Assembly (NCBI GenBank): GCA_963707915.1
Contig: OY970178.1
Location: forward strand, 160,001 to 224,000
DNA from: Candidatus Eiseniibacteriota bacterium
GTDB taxonomy: Bacteria > Eisenbacteria > RBG-16-71-46
DNA length: 64,000 nucleotides
Reading direction: 5' to 3'
Part shown: positions 52,825-61,475 of the stretch, in pieces
Position numbering within the stretch: the stretch's first letter is position 1
Layout of the letters: every line of letters starts with the position of its first letter
Translations under genes and position numbers: made by a program
The notes under the pieces: model-generated
Seen by the model: only the letters and a program-made list of their open reading frames with translations
What the model was told of the DNA's origin: nothing
The model's database searches: none

Positions 52825-53262
52825 CTACTTCGTAACCTTTGCTGGCGCTGGCATGGCGTATTTCGCCTTGAGCGCGCCGATGGAAATGGACTGCGCGGGG
52901 ACGGGGTTGCCCACCCCGGCAAAGCTGCCGTAGAGCACCCACGTAGTTCCGCCCGAAGGCCAGTAGTAGCAACTGCCGTCGGCCAGAATCACTAACGCCG
53001 TCGGCCCCGCGCCACTGATCCCACCACACGTGTTGAGTACGGACGAAGTGCCCGGAATAGGAGTCGCGATGCTATGTAGCCCATCGCTCGCCACCATCCA
53101 CACGACCCGGTTGATTGACGCCGTGTAGTTCCCGCCAGCGCTGTCCGCACCCTCCAGCCAACCGGCGGACTGCGCCCCTGCGCTCCGCGCACCGAGGTGG
53201 TAGCTCAGCGCGAGTAAGAAGATGCCACAGGATACGAAGAAGAACGAGCGAGCACGGTTCAT
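52825..53262 (-). CDS. Exported hypothetical protein with a variant C-terminal sorting-like motif
   Basis: GGAGG RBS, signal peptide, ends PVPAQSISIGALKAKYAMPAPAKVTK. Confidence 0.7.
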   Translation of the reverse strand: MNRARSFFFVSCGIFLLALSYHLGARSAGAQSAGWLEGADSAGGNYTASINRVVWMVASDGLHSIATPIPGTSSVLNTCGGISGAGPTALVILADGSCYYWPSGGTTWVLYGSFAGVGNPVPAQSISIGALKAKYAMPAPAKVTK

Positions 53263-53308
53263 GTGCGGCCTCCGAGGGGACTGTGGTGAAAGGTGGCGAA
53301 GACGACCC

Positions 53309-54088
53309 CTATGTGTCCTTCGGGCCAGTGTTCTGCGGGGGAGGTGTCTGCCCCAGCCGAGCCGGACTACTCGTGAGAATTGGGAGGATTGCCTCTCCGT
53401 CGTCGTAGAAGTTGAACGACACCCCCAGTCCGCGTGCTTGGCCAAGAACCTGACCAATCCTCTGCAAGGCCGCCTCGCCGATCGTACGCTGCGGTTTCCC
53501 AGACTCCTTCTGAAGGCGCGCCAATTCCGCGTCGAGTGGAGTCGGTTCCGGCAAGTCGCGCCGGGCCGCCTGACTGTCTGTGAAGACTTCGACGGCCTCC
53601 GGCACCGACTCGGCCAACATGAACCACATGTACAAGCGAGTGGCGTGGGCCTCGTCACGCAATTGCAGCAGTCGAGGCAGTAGCGCTTCAAACGACTGCA
53701 CTCGCCTCCTGAGTTCTTGAACGGTCTTCGGGAAGGCAACCCTATCCCGGACAATCCGGTCCCGAATTGGCCGCAGACAGCTCTCAATGCGACTCACGCC
53801 GATGGCAGCTTGATTGCGAATCTCCACATCGGACCGGCGCTCTGCGCGGTCGGACAGGTGCTTCTGGACGAGAAAGCCGCCGAGCACGGCCAGAGCAGCC
53901 GCGCCGAGTTGGGCGAGAATCCTCCAGAACTCGGCCCACCAGCCTAGCGATGCGCTCGCGACGCGCACGACGGTATCGGGAACGGCAACGGCCACCGTCT
54001 CAGGATGGGCGAGCGCCGCCTGGACGAGCGAATCCTTGAGCGCGACGACGTGGCGCAGGGAATCGAAGATAGATGCGAACCGCTGCAC
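53309..54088 (-). CDS. Hypothetical membrane-anchored protein
   Basis: AGGAG RBS and GTG, 259 aa, one TM segment (LGAAALAVLGGFLV). Confidence 0.6.
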   Translation of the reverse strand: MQRFASIFDSLRHVVALKDSLVQAALAHPETVAVAVPDTVVRVASASLGWWAEFWRILAQLGAAALAVLGGFLVQKHLSDRAERRSDVEIRNQAAIGVSRIESCLRPIRDRIVRDRVAFPKTVQELRRRVQSFEALLPRLLQLRDEAHATRLYMWFMLAESVPEAVEVFTDSQAARRDLPEPTPLDAELARLQKESGKPQRTIGEAALQRIGQVLGQARGLGVSFNFYDDGEAILPILTSSPARLGQTPPPQNTGPKDT

Positions 54089-54276
54089 GCGAGGTCTCCT
54101 GATGGAAGAGGGCGAAGCGTCCTTGCGCTAGTGCGACCTCGGAGGTAGTACCGGCCGCGTGGGCGCGGTCGGGTCGCTGCGGCAAGTTGCTCCCGCCAAC
54201 AAGAAGCATACGCTGTGGCCCAAGAGGCGTCTACCTTCTACTTACTGAGGCGCAAGAACCGGAATCATGCCTGGCA

Positions 54277-54900
54277 TCAGCGAGCGCCGCGCACGCGCAA
54301 CTCATCAACGAACTTCTGGAGCACCCGCTTCTGGTCCCGCACTTCATCGGGTTGCGTTGGGCCGTAGACACCTCCGGCCCCGTTGAACTCCACCTCATAT
54401 GAGTGGCTTAGACCGCAGCCACGCAAGTACTGTCGGACGTCTTGAGACCAGCGTCGGGGGCGCGCATACCGAGGCCCCGACACGGTGTACTCCCAGTCAC
54501 TCAGGAGCGTATCGGCTTCGGCGATGAAAGTGGCGAGACGTCCGCAAATCACCCTGTCGTGGTCCGTGGTTGCTGGTGCGGCCTTGGCGTTGACCACGCG
54601 GAGCGAATCAGCCACGCGGAGGGAATCGCGGGCGACCCAACCTCGAATGGCTTTGCGCGCCGCATCAATCTCGCGAGAGTGCTCACTGCGCTGTTGTGAC
54701 CAGACGCCGAACGGAGCCACCACGAGCAGAAGAAGAAAGGAGGCCTTTGCGAGAATACGTCCTGCCTTGAAGCGTTCCTCGAGCGCAGGCCACCTGTGCA
54801 GCACGACCTCGACTAGAACCCCAGCGGCTCCAAGCCAACTCAGGAGTCCCTTCCAGACAGTGAGCACGGCTAGCAGATAGGCAAGAACGACGCCCCACAT
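54277..54900 (-). CDS. Hypothetical membrane protein
   Basis: AGGAGG upstream, 207 aa, N-terminal TM helices. Confidence 0.6.
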   Translation of the reverse strand: MWGVVLAYLLAVLTVWKGLLSWLGAAGVLVEVVLHRWPALEERFKAGRILAKASFLLLLVVAPFGVWSQQRSEHSREIDAARKAIRGWVARDSLRVADSLRVVNAKAAPATTDHDRVICGRLATFIAEADTLLSDWEYTVSGPRYARPRRWSQDVRQYLRGCGLSHSYEVEFNGAGGVYGPTQPDEVRDQKRVLQKFVDELRVRGAR

Positions 54901-55047
54901 CCTTGTCTGGTCCTCCTCAGGGTCAACACGAAGCAGCGCGCTCGGTCGCTACGGAGACCGACTGCCACCAGCATGAGGATACACCGTGGAAGCGGGCTCG
55001 GCCACGTGCGAGCGTGGGTGCAGGGTGTTCACCGGGGAGGGTCGCGC

Positions 55048-55379
55048 ATGTCTTGGTTGAAACCGTGGGCTTTGGTGGTCGTTGCCGGACTTGCCTTCGT
55101 GTACACGGGGCCGGGCCACCCGTTCGTCTGGGCCTTCGCGGTGCTAGTCGCCATCGGATTCGCTGTTCCGTCTCTTGCAGCGGACAAGCGGTCAGACCTA
55201 GCGCCCTTCTGGGTCCGCATCTGGCCGACCAGTGCCCTTCTCACCGAGACGGGGCTCGCGACAGATCAAGAAGTGAAGGCGATGGAAGCGAAGTTGATGG
55301 CGACGCATGAAGATGCGTACTTCGGCAGGTACGAATTCCATCGCTACAGCCAACCCCGGTATCCGCACGAGCACTCGTC
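55048..55379 (+). pseudogene. Membrane-protein gene apparently truncated at the att repeat
   Basis: GGAGG RBS, MSWLKPWALVVVAG with two TM segments. The frame runs without a stop into the tRNA-derived repeat at 55380. Confidence 0.5.
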
Positions 55380-55428
55380 AAAATCCGCCGGGCTCACGCC
55401 CGTCCGGGTTCGACTCCCGGCCCCGGCA
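55380..55428 (+). repeat. att site: duplicated 3' part of tRNA-Leu
   Basis: AAAATCCGCCGGGCTCACGCCCGTCCGGGTTCGACTCCCGGCCCCGGCA, 47/49 identical to the tRNA. Confidence 0.92.
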
Positions 55429-55690
55429 CTCTCTGCCCGCACGGGGCTCGGGGTTTCCACCGGATCGGGGCCCAGCATCCGCGCCGCACTCGTGCCCGGA
55501 TCGCGCCCGACCGCGCGACCTGCCCCTCGGATATTGCTGACGCGCGAGTGGGAAGGTGCTAGCCTTTGTCGACAGGCAGGTGGCGCCCTTCCGCTCGGGC
55601 CGACCCATGATCCTGCGGATCGGGCCGTCGCCGGCAACGGGATCAAGTCCTTCCCCCGTGATCTTCTGGAGCCGCATCCTGGAGGAAGCC

Positions 55691-56521
55691 ATGAAGAAGA
55701 TCCCTCTCACCGGCACGATGCTGCTGCTGGCTGCCTCCACGGCGCTGGCTGGCGGGCTCAACTTCAACTGGAACACGAACACGCAGTGCCCGGCCGCGGC
55801 CGACCAGTACGCGGCCAAGATGCTGACATGGGACTGCACCAATCCCGCGACCGCCAACTCGGGTGAGTTCTTCATGGTCGCCTCGGTGATGCCCAATTTC
55901 GCGCTCGTCGGGTTCCAGGCCCTGGATGCCAGGATCGAGGGCTGGAGCGAGGGTCCGCTGCCGGCATGGTGGGCGGCGGTCAATCCCGGTTCGTGTCGAG
56001 TGAGCGCCTTCATTCCCGGCCTGCCCCCGGCCATCCCCACGGCACCGTGTGCCGGCAACGCCACGACCAAGCTGTGGACGGGCCTCGCGTACGGCGGCAT
56101 GGGCACGTGGGTCACCAACGCACAGGATCCCGGCATGGAGTTGTGCCGCTTCTACACCGTGGTCGGCTTCGCGATGAACGGTCCTCGCGCGGCGAACCTG
56201 AGCACGACCACCGAGTACAACGCCTTCAACATCGCGATGCTCACCACCAACTCCGTGGACGTCCCCGAGTCGGCGCCCGGCGCGGACGACGGCGTCGTCG
56301 CCTGCGCGGGCTGCGGCGCGGGCGTGACGCTGGTCCTCACCCAGGTGGGGCTCTACGGCTCTGCTGCCGAGGACCAGGTCTACTTCCCGATATCCAGCCC
56401 GAATGCCTCGCAGGTCATCGTCTGGCAGGGTGGCGGTCACTTCAACTGGGAGCACGGGGGGTGGTGCACCGTGGCGGCCCGCAACACGACCTGGGGCCAG
56501 ATCAAGAGCCTGTACCGGTAA
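55691..56521 (+). CDS. Secreted Cys-rich protein with C-terminal TWGQIKSLYR motif
   Basis: GGAGG RBS, signal peptide MKKIPLTGTMLLLAASTALA, ends CTVAARNTTWGQIKSLYR. Confidence 0.85.
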   Translation: MKKIPLTGTMLLLAASTALAGGLNFNWNTNTQCPAAADQYAAKMLTWDCTNPATANSGEFFMVASVMPNFALVGFQALDARIEGWSEGPLPAWWAAVNPGSCRVSAFIPGLPPAIPTAPCAGNATTKLWTGLAYGGMGTWVTNAQDPGMELCRFYTVVGFAMNGPRAANLSTTTEYNAFNIAMLTTNSVDVPESAPGADDGVVACAGCGAGVTLVLTQVGLYGSAAEDQVYFPISSPNASQVIVWQGGGHFNWEHGGWCTVAARNTTWGQIKSLYR

Positions 56522-56844
56522 CGGCTCCAGCCCGGAGCGGGACCCGATCCGCTCTCGTCCTTGTGCCGCAATGTGCTAGCCGGGGCCGGCGCGGGGCCGA
56601 AGAATGGCCTTCAGCGCGGCCCGGGACCCGCCGATCCACCACGGAAGCCCCGCGAGCGGGGGATCTGTTGCTTTTCGGCCGTCGGAAGTGCAGGGTTCCC
56701 CAACGGGGATCCCGCCGGCGGCAGGTGGCTCCCGACCGCGGAGCGACCGTCGCGTCGTGTCCGTGGCCAGCGTTCGAATCGATCCGGGCTCCCCACCGGA
56801 GCCGCCTCCGGTCGTTCCATCCATGTGTGGGAGAAACGACACTC

Positions 56845-58464
56845 ATGCCCCGACGTCAGCGTCTGCCTCTGCTTCGGTTCCTCGCGGTGGGTGTCGTGGC
56901 CGGCGCGCTCCTGTGGTCCGCGAGCGCTTCCGCCGCCCAGGATTCCGGTCTCACCCTGCGGGTCAACCCCGCCTTTTCTCGGGCCGGACTGACGACGGCG
57001 GAGCAACGCTGGTATGACCTGATCTGGGCGCACAACACCGGCTGTGCGTCCACGGTCCTGACCCGTTCCAACTACGACGACCTCTACACCTACGGGCGCT
57101 CCATCGGCGACTACAACACCTTCATGCTGATGGGCCTGCGAGCCACCGGGGACCGGGCCTTCCTGGACCGCGTGAAGACCATCACCGACTCCATGCGGAC
57201 GAAGCTCCGGGACGCCGACGACGCCTGCGTGGGCGGCGCGACGGACGGCTACCTCGACTGGCGCTGGCGGGCGGTCGGAATGGGGTACAGCTGCACCAAC
57301 ACCGGCGGCTTCTACGGCAGCGACCGGCACCAGCTGGACGACGCGATGACCCACGGCAACCTGGCCCTGGTGGCCTATGCCTTCGTCGTCAACGCGGACA
57401 TCGACACGGCGTACGCCTCGCGGGCGGCGTTCTGGACGAACTACCTCGTGCATCACTGGGAGGCGAAGTGGATCGCCCGGGCGGGCGGCGACTCGGTCAA
57501 GGCCTGGATGGACAACGCCACCGGGATGTACAAGCACGAGGCGCACGTCGTCGCCAACATCATGCGGGCGGCCTACTACCTGTGGAAGATCACCGGCAAC
57601 CCGTCCTACAAGGCGCGGGCGGACGCGCTCGCGGCGCTCTCGGCCGCGAACTGCGTGCCGAACCCGAGCGTGCCGACGGCGTACAGCTGGCATCACCAGG
57701 TCGACAACAACGACACCTGGCAGACGATCAACTACGCGCAACACACGAGCGGCGTCTTCTCCGACCTCCACGTCGACGGCTACACGCCCTACGCGAGCGA
57801 CGTGGTGATCAAGCGGTTCACGTCCACCTACCGCGACATCGTGCTGGGCGCCTCGGCGCCGACCTACCAGCTGATGAGTCCGGACGTCTACGGGGGTGGC
57901 ACGCAGATCAGCACGTCGCCGGGCTACGGCGGGATCTCGTCGTTCGCGCGCTGGGACAGCACGGGGAAGGTGCTCGCGTATGCGGCCGCCCTCACCTCCG
58001 CGTCGCCCTCGGCCAGCAGCATCTACGCCGTGCCGGTGCTCGCGGGAGCGCTGCTGGCGGTGAGCGCCCGCGGCGCCACCAACGCGCCCCCGTCCCGGAT
58101 CGGCGACCTCGCCGCCCCGCAGGTGGGCGACAGCAGCGTGGTGCTGACCTGGACCGCGCCGGGCGACGACGGCGCGAGCGGCCGCGCGGCCCTCTACCAG
58201 CTGCGGCGGTCGAGCCAGCCGATCACGGACGCGAACTTCGCCGCGGCCAGCGTGGTTCCCATCTCGCAGCTCCCGCGGGCCGCCGGCACGGTCGAGTCGT
58301 TCCTGGTCTACGGCCTGGTCCCCGGCACGCCCTACTTCTTCGCGATCCGCTCGCTCGACGACGCAGCCAGCGCCTCGCTGGTCAGCAACAACGTCGCGGT
58401 CACCACCGCGGCGACCGACACGATCCCGCCCGCGGCCATCCGGGACCTCTCGGGGACCCCGTAG
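56845..58464 (+). CDS. Secreted protein: helical (possibly glycosidase-like) domain plus fibronectin type III
   Basis: Signal peptide, repeated 'RATGDRAFLDR' / 'KITGNPSYKARA' helices, FN3 (LTWTAPGDDG...GLVPGTPYFFAIRS). Confidence 0.8.
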   Translation: MPRRQRLPLLRFLAVGVVAGALLWSASASAAQDSGLTLRVNPAFSRAGLTTAEQRWYDLIWAHNTGCASTVLTRSNYDDLYTYGRSIGDYNTFMLMGLRATGDRAFLDRVKTITDSMRTKLRDADDACVGGATDGYLDWRWRAVGMGYSCTNTGGFYGSDRHQLDDAMTHGNLALVAYAFVVNADIDTAYASRAAFWTNYLVHHWEAKWIARAGGDSVKAWMDNATGMYKHEAHVVANIMRAAYYLWKITGNPSYKARADALAALSAANCVPNPSVPTAYSWHHQVDNNDTWQTINYAQHTSGVFSDLHVDGYTPYASDVVIKRFTSTYRDIVLGASAPTYQLMSPDVYGGGTQISTSPGYGGISSFARWDSTGKVLAYAAALTSASPSASSIYAVPVLAGALLAVSARGATNAPPSRIGDLAAPQVGDSSVVLTWTAPGDDGASGRAALYQLRRSSQPITDANFAAASVVPISQLPRAAGTVESFLVYGLVPGTPYFFAIRSLDDAASASLVSNNVAVTTAATDTIPPAAIRDLSGTP

Positions 58465-58525
58465 TCGCGGAGCCCGCGACCGGCCGCCCGCTCGCTCCCG
58501 CGACGTCGGCGGCGGTGGCGCGCCC

Positions 58526-60025
58526 CTACGCCGGTGGCCCGATCTTGCAGATGATCGCGGTCAGGTCGTCGGTCTGGGGGGTGCCGTCCGCGAAGGCCCG
58601 GACCCCGGCAACGAGGCCCTCGAGCGCCTGCCGGGCGGACCCGGCGAGGTGGCCCCGGAGCAACCGCAGGGCGCCCTCGGCACCGAGGAACTCGCCGCCG
58701 GGCGACTGGCTCTCGGTGACCCCGTCCGTCATGAGGACCACGGTGTCCCCGGTCTCGAGCGGGACGGGTTCCGCGTCCACGACGCCCCACGCCGGCGAGA
58801 CGCCGAGCGGGGTCCCGCTGCTCTCGAGCGCGAACCGCGGCCGCCCGTCACGCCCCACCACGAACCCGGACGGGTGCCCCGCGTTGGCGTAGGTCAGGAG
58901 CCGCTTGCGCGTGTCCAGGCAGGCCAGCAGCATGGTGACGAAGCGCCCGTCCTCCAGGTCGTCGATCAGCGCGCGGTTGAGCGCGCGCAGCACGTCGCCC
59001 GGCTCCGGCAGCGTGCGCATGAAGGCGCGCAGGTAGCCGCGGGTCTCGGCCATCACCACCGCCGGACCGAGGCCGTGCCCGCTGACGTCGCCGATGACGA
59101 TCCCGAGCCGGCCGTCGGCCGCGGCCACGTAGTCGAAGTAGTCGCCGCTCATCGCGGTGGAGGGGTACGCGACTCCGGCGAAGTCGAACCCGGGGAACTC
59201 GGGCGCCCCGGCGGGGAAGAGCCCCTGCTGCACGCGGCGGGCGATCGCCAGCTCGAGTTCCTGTTCCTGGCGGATGTGGCGGTCGGTCATGTCCTTGCCC
59301 ACCGCCACGAAGTGCGTGACCACGTCCGCCGGGTCCCGGATCGGCGTGATGGTCATCTCGGCGTGGTAGATCTCGCCGTTCTTGCGCCGGTTGACCATCG
59401 TGCCGCGGTAGACCTCCCCCGCGAGCACCGTGTCCCAGAGCTCGCGGTAGTGGGCGGAGTCGTGCCGGCCCGAGCGGAGCAACCCCGGCGTGCGGCCGAG
59501 GATCTCGTCCTTCGAATAGCCGGTGATGCGTTCGAAGCCGGGGTTGACGTACTCGACCACGCCGTTGCGGTCGGTGATGTAGATCGCGTCGGCGGTCTGC
59601 TCGACGGCGTTGGACAGCCGGCGGACGGTGGCGTCGGCGTTCCGGTGGGCGGTGACGTCGCGAAAGACCGCGACCGCGCCGACGAGTTCCCCCGACGGGT
59701 CGCGCCAGGGCATGGCGGTGACGCTGATCACCGCACCCTCGGGCCGGTACCGGCTGCGCACGTGCATCTCGACGTCGTGCACGGCCTCGCCCCGGGCGGC
59801 CCGGACCAGCGGGAGCCGCTCGGGCGGATAGGGCGTGACGCGGTCGGGGAGGAAGAGACCGTAGGCCTCGGGCCAGTCCTCGGGCTGCACGTCCAGCGAG
59901 CCGACGCCGAGGATCCGCTCGGCGGCCTCGTTGAAGACGAGGAAGGCGCCCTGGTGGTCGACCACCACGATGCCGTCGGAGATGGTCTGGAGGATGGGTT
60001 CGAGCGCCCGTGTCCGGGCGCGCAT
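58526..60025 (-). CDS. PAS-PAS-PP2C (SpoIIE/RsbU-type) phosphatase
   Basis: Two PAS domains, MSGDYFD, IGDVSGHG, NAGH, MTDGVTE and DDLT. The start may lie further upstream (~60100). Confidence 0.92.
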   Translation of the reverse strand: MRARTRALEPILQTISDGIVVVDHQGAFLVFNEAAERILGVGSLDVQPEDWPEAYGLFLPDRVTPYPPERLPLVRAARGEAVHDVEMHVRSRYRPEGAVISVTAMPWRDPSGELVGAVAVFRDVTAHRNADATVRRLSNAVEQTADAIYITDRNGVVEYVNPGFERITGYSKDEILGRTPGLLRSGRHDSAHYRELWDTVLAGEVYRGTMVNRRKNGEIYHAEMTITPIRDPADVVTHFVAVGKDMTDRHIRQEQELELAIARRVQQGLFPAGAPEFPGFDFAGVAYPSTAMSGDYFDYVAAADGRLGIVIGDVSGHGLGPAVVMAETRGYLRAFMRTLPEPGDVLRALNRALIDDLEDGRFVTMLLACLDTRKRLLTYANAGHPSGFVVGRDGRPRFALESSGTPLGVSPAWGVVDAEPVPLETGDTVVLMTDGVTESQSPGGEFLGAEGALRLLRGHLAGSARQALEGLVAGVRAFADGTPQTDDLTAIICKIGPPA

Positions 60026-60472
60026 CGAGTCGCGGCCGGTGCCGGCTCGATCTTCCTGCGTCCCGGTCTCGCCGCCTGTCCGATCCCTGGCTGTCGGCAT
60101 TTCGAGTGTGCACCCCTGGGGGGAAGGGGACAGCGATGGCTTGCCGCAGCGGTGGGCGCGTCGCGTCCGCCGCTGCGACGAAACGACCGCATCCGCAGTC
60201 CCGTCGCTCGGCGACCACGGATGCGCTCCCGTCGTGATTGCTTGGATGCATCCGGGGGGCCGAGGGTGGTGCCGAAATCGATGGTCCCCCGCGCCGCCGG
60301 CCGAGCGGGCTCTGGTGTGGCGCCGCCGTGCCCGGGCCCCGGCCGGAGTGGGCTCCCCGGCGGCGCCGGCGGCCACCCGGGTGGCGGTATCGCGCGACGG
60401 ACGATGGATGGACTCCCGTGGTATCCTCGGCCCGCCTGTGTCACGTCCTACCTGCCTTCCAGGGGAGCCGCC

Positions 60473-61378
60473 ATGTCGATCACCAAGCTCGAGCAACTCG
60501 TCGAAACCGTGAAGTCACGTCCCCGCAAGCGCCTCATCGCAGCCTGGGCCAACGACTCGCACACCATCGCCGCCGTGGGGCAGGCGGTGAAGCTGGGCCT
60601 CGTGGAGGGGACCCTGGTGGGGGACGAGGCCGCCATCCGCTCGGTCTGCAAGAGCGAGGGGCTCGACCCGGCGATGTTCGCCATCGTGCAGGAATCGTCC
60701 GACACGGGTGCGTCCGCCCGTGCCGTCGCGATGGTGAACGCCGGCGAGGCGCAGATCCTGATGAAGGGGCTGGTCTCGAGCGACAAGTACATGCGCGCCA
60801 TCCTCCACAAGGAGAAGGGGCTCATGGACCCCGGCGCGATCCTCAGCCACGTCACGGTCATCGAGGTGGAGCGCTACCCGAAGCTCATCGTCTGCGGTGA
60901 CGTGGCGGTCCTGCCGGCCCCCGAGCTGAAGGAGAAGATCGCCATCACGCGCTACCAGATCGCGGTGGCCCACGCGCTGGGCATCGAGCAGCCCAAGGTG
61001 GCGATCATCGCGGCGACCGAGCAGATGCTCTACAAGATGCCGGCCTGCGTGGACGCCGCGATCATCGCGAAGATGGCCGATCGCGGGGACATCAAGGGTG
61101 CGCTGGTGGACGGCCCGCTCGCGCTGGACGTCGCGGTGGACGCCGAGGCGGTGGCGATCAAGGGGCTCAAGAGTCCGGTGGCCGGCGCCGCGGACTGCCT
61201 GGTGTTCCCCAGCATCGAATCGGGGAACGTCTTCTACAAGACCTGCACCAAGCTGGCGGGCGCGGAGCTGGCTGGCCTGGTGGTGGGCGCACGCGTCCCG
61301 TGCGTGCTGACCTCGCGGGGAGACACGGCCAAGAGCAAGATGTACTCGATCGCGCTGGCCGCGCTCACCGCCCGCTGA
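60473..61378 (+). CDS. ptb: Phosphate butyryl/acetyltransferase (PTA_PTB)
   Basis: ILMKGLV, LSHV, VDGPLALDVA, FPSIESGNVFYK and VLTSRGD. GGGGAG RBS. Confidence 0.9.
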   Translation: MSITKLEQLVETVKSRPRKRLIAAWANDSHTIAAVGQAVKLGLVEGTLVGDEAAIRSVCKSEGLDPAMFAIVQESSDTGASARAVAMVNAGEAQILMKGLVSSDKYMRAILHKEKGLMDPGAILSHVTVIEVERYPKLIVCGDVAVLPAPELKEKIAITRYQIAVAHALGIEQPKVAIIAATEQMLYKMPACVDAAIIAKMADRGDIKGALVDGPLALDVAVDAEAVAIKGLKSPVAGAADCLVFPSIESGNVFYKTCTKLAGAELAGLVVGARVPCVLTSRGDTAKSKMYSIALAALTAR

Positions 61379-61475
61379 GCGGCGACGCGGCCGCCGAGGA
61401 TGGCTCGCCGGTCGCGGTCGGGAAGCGAAGCCGGACGGGGCGCCCCGGGCTCGTGCCCGGGGCGCCCCGGTCTGC

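Larger units (their letters stand above)
52628..55428. mobile_element. Integrase-less genomic island remnant in tRNA-Leu
   Basis: 49-bp direct repeat at 52628-52676 and 55380-55428 (two mismatches). The interior is visibly less GC-rich and holds only hypothetical genes. Confidence 0.85.

Noticed and set aside
56522..56844. Riboswitch in the long leader of the FN3 gene
   Set aside because: Several GC hairpins, but no aptamer consensus I recognise. An Rfam scan would be needed.
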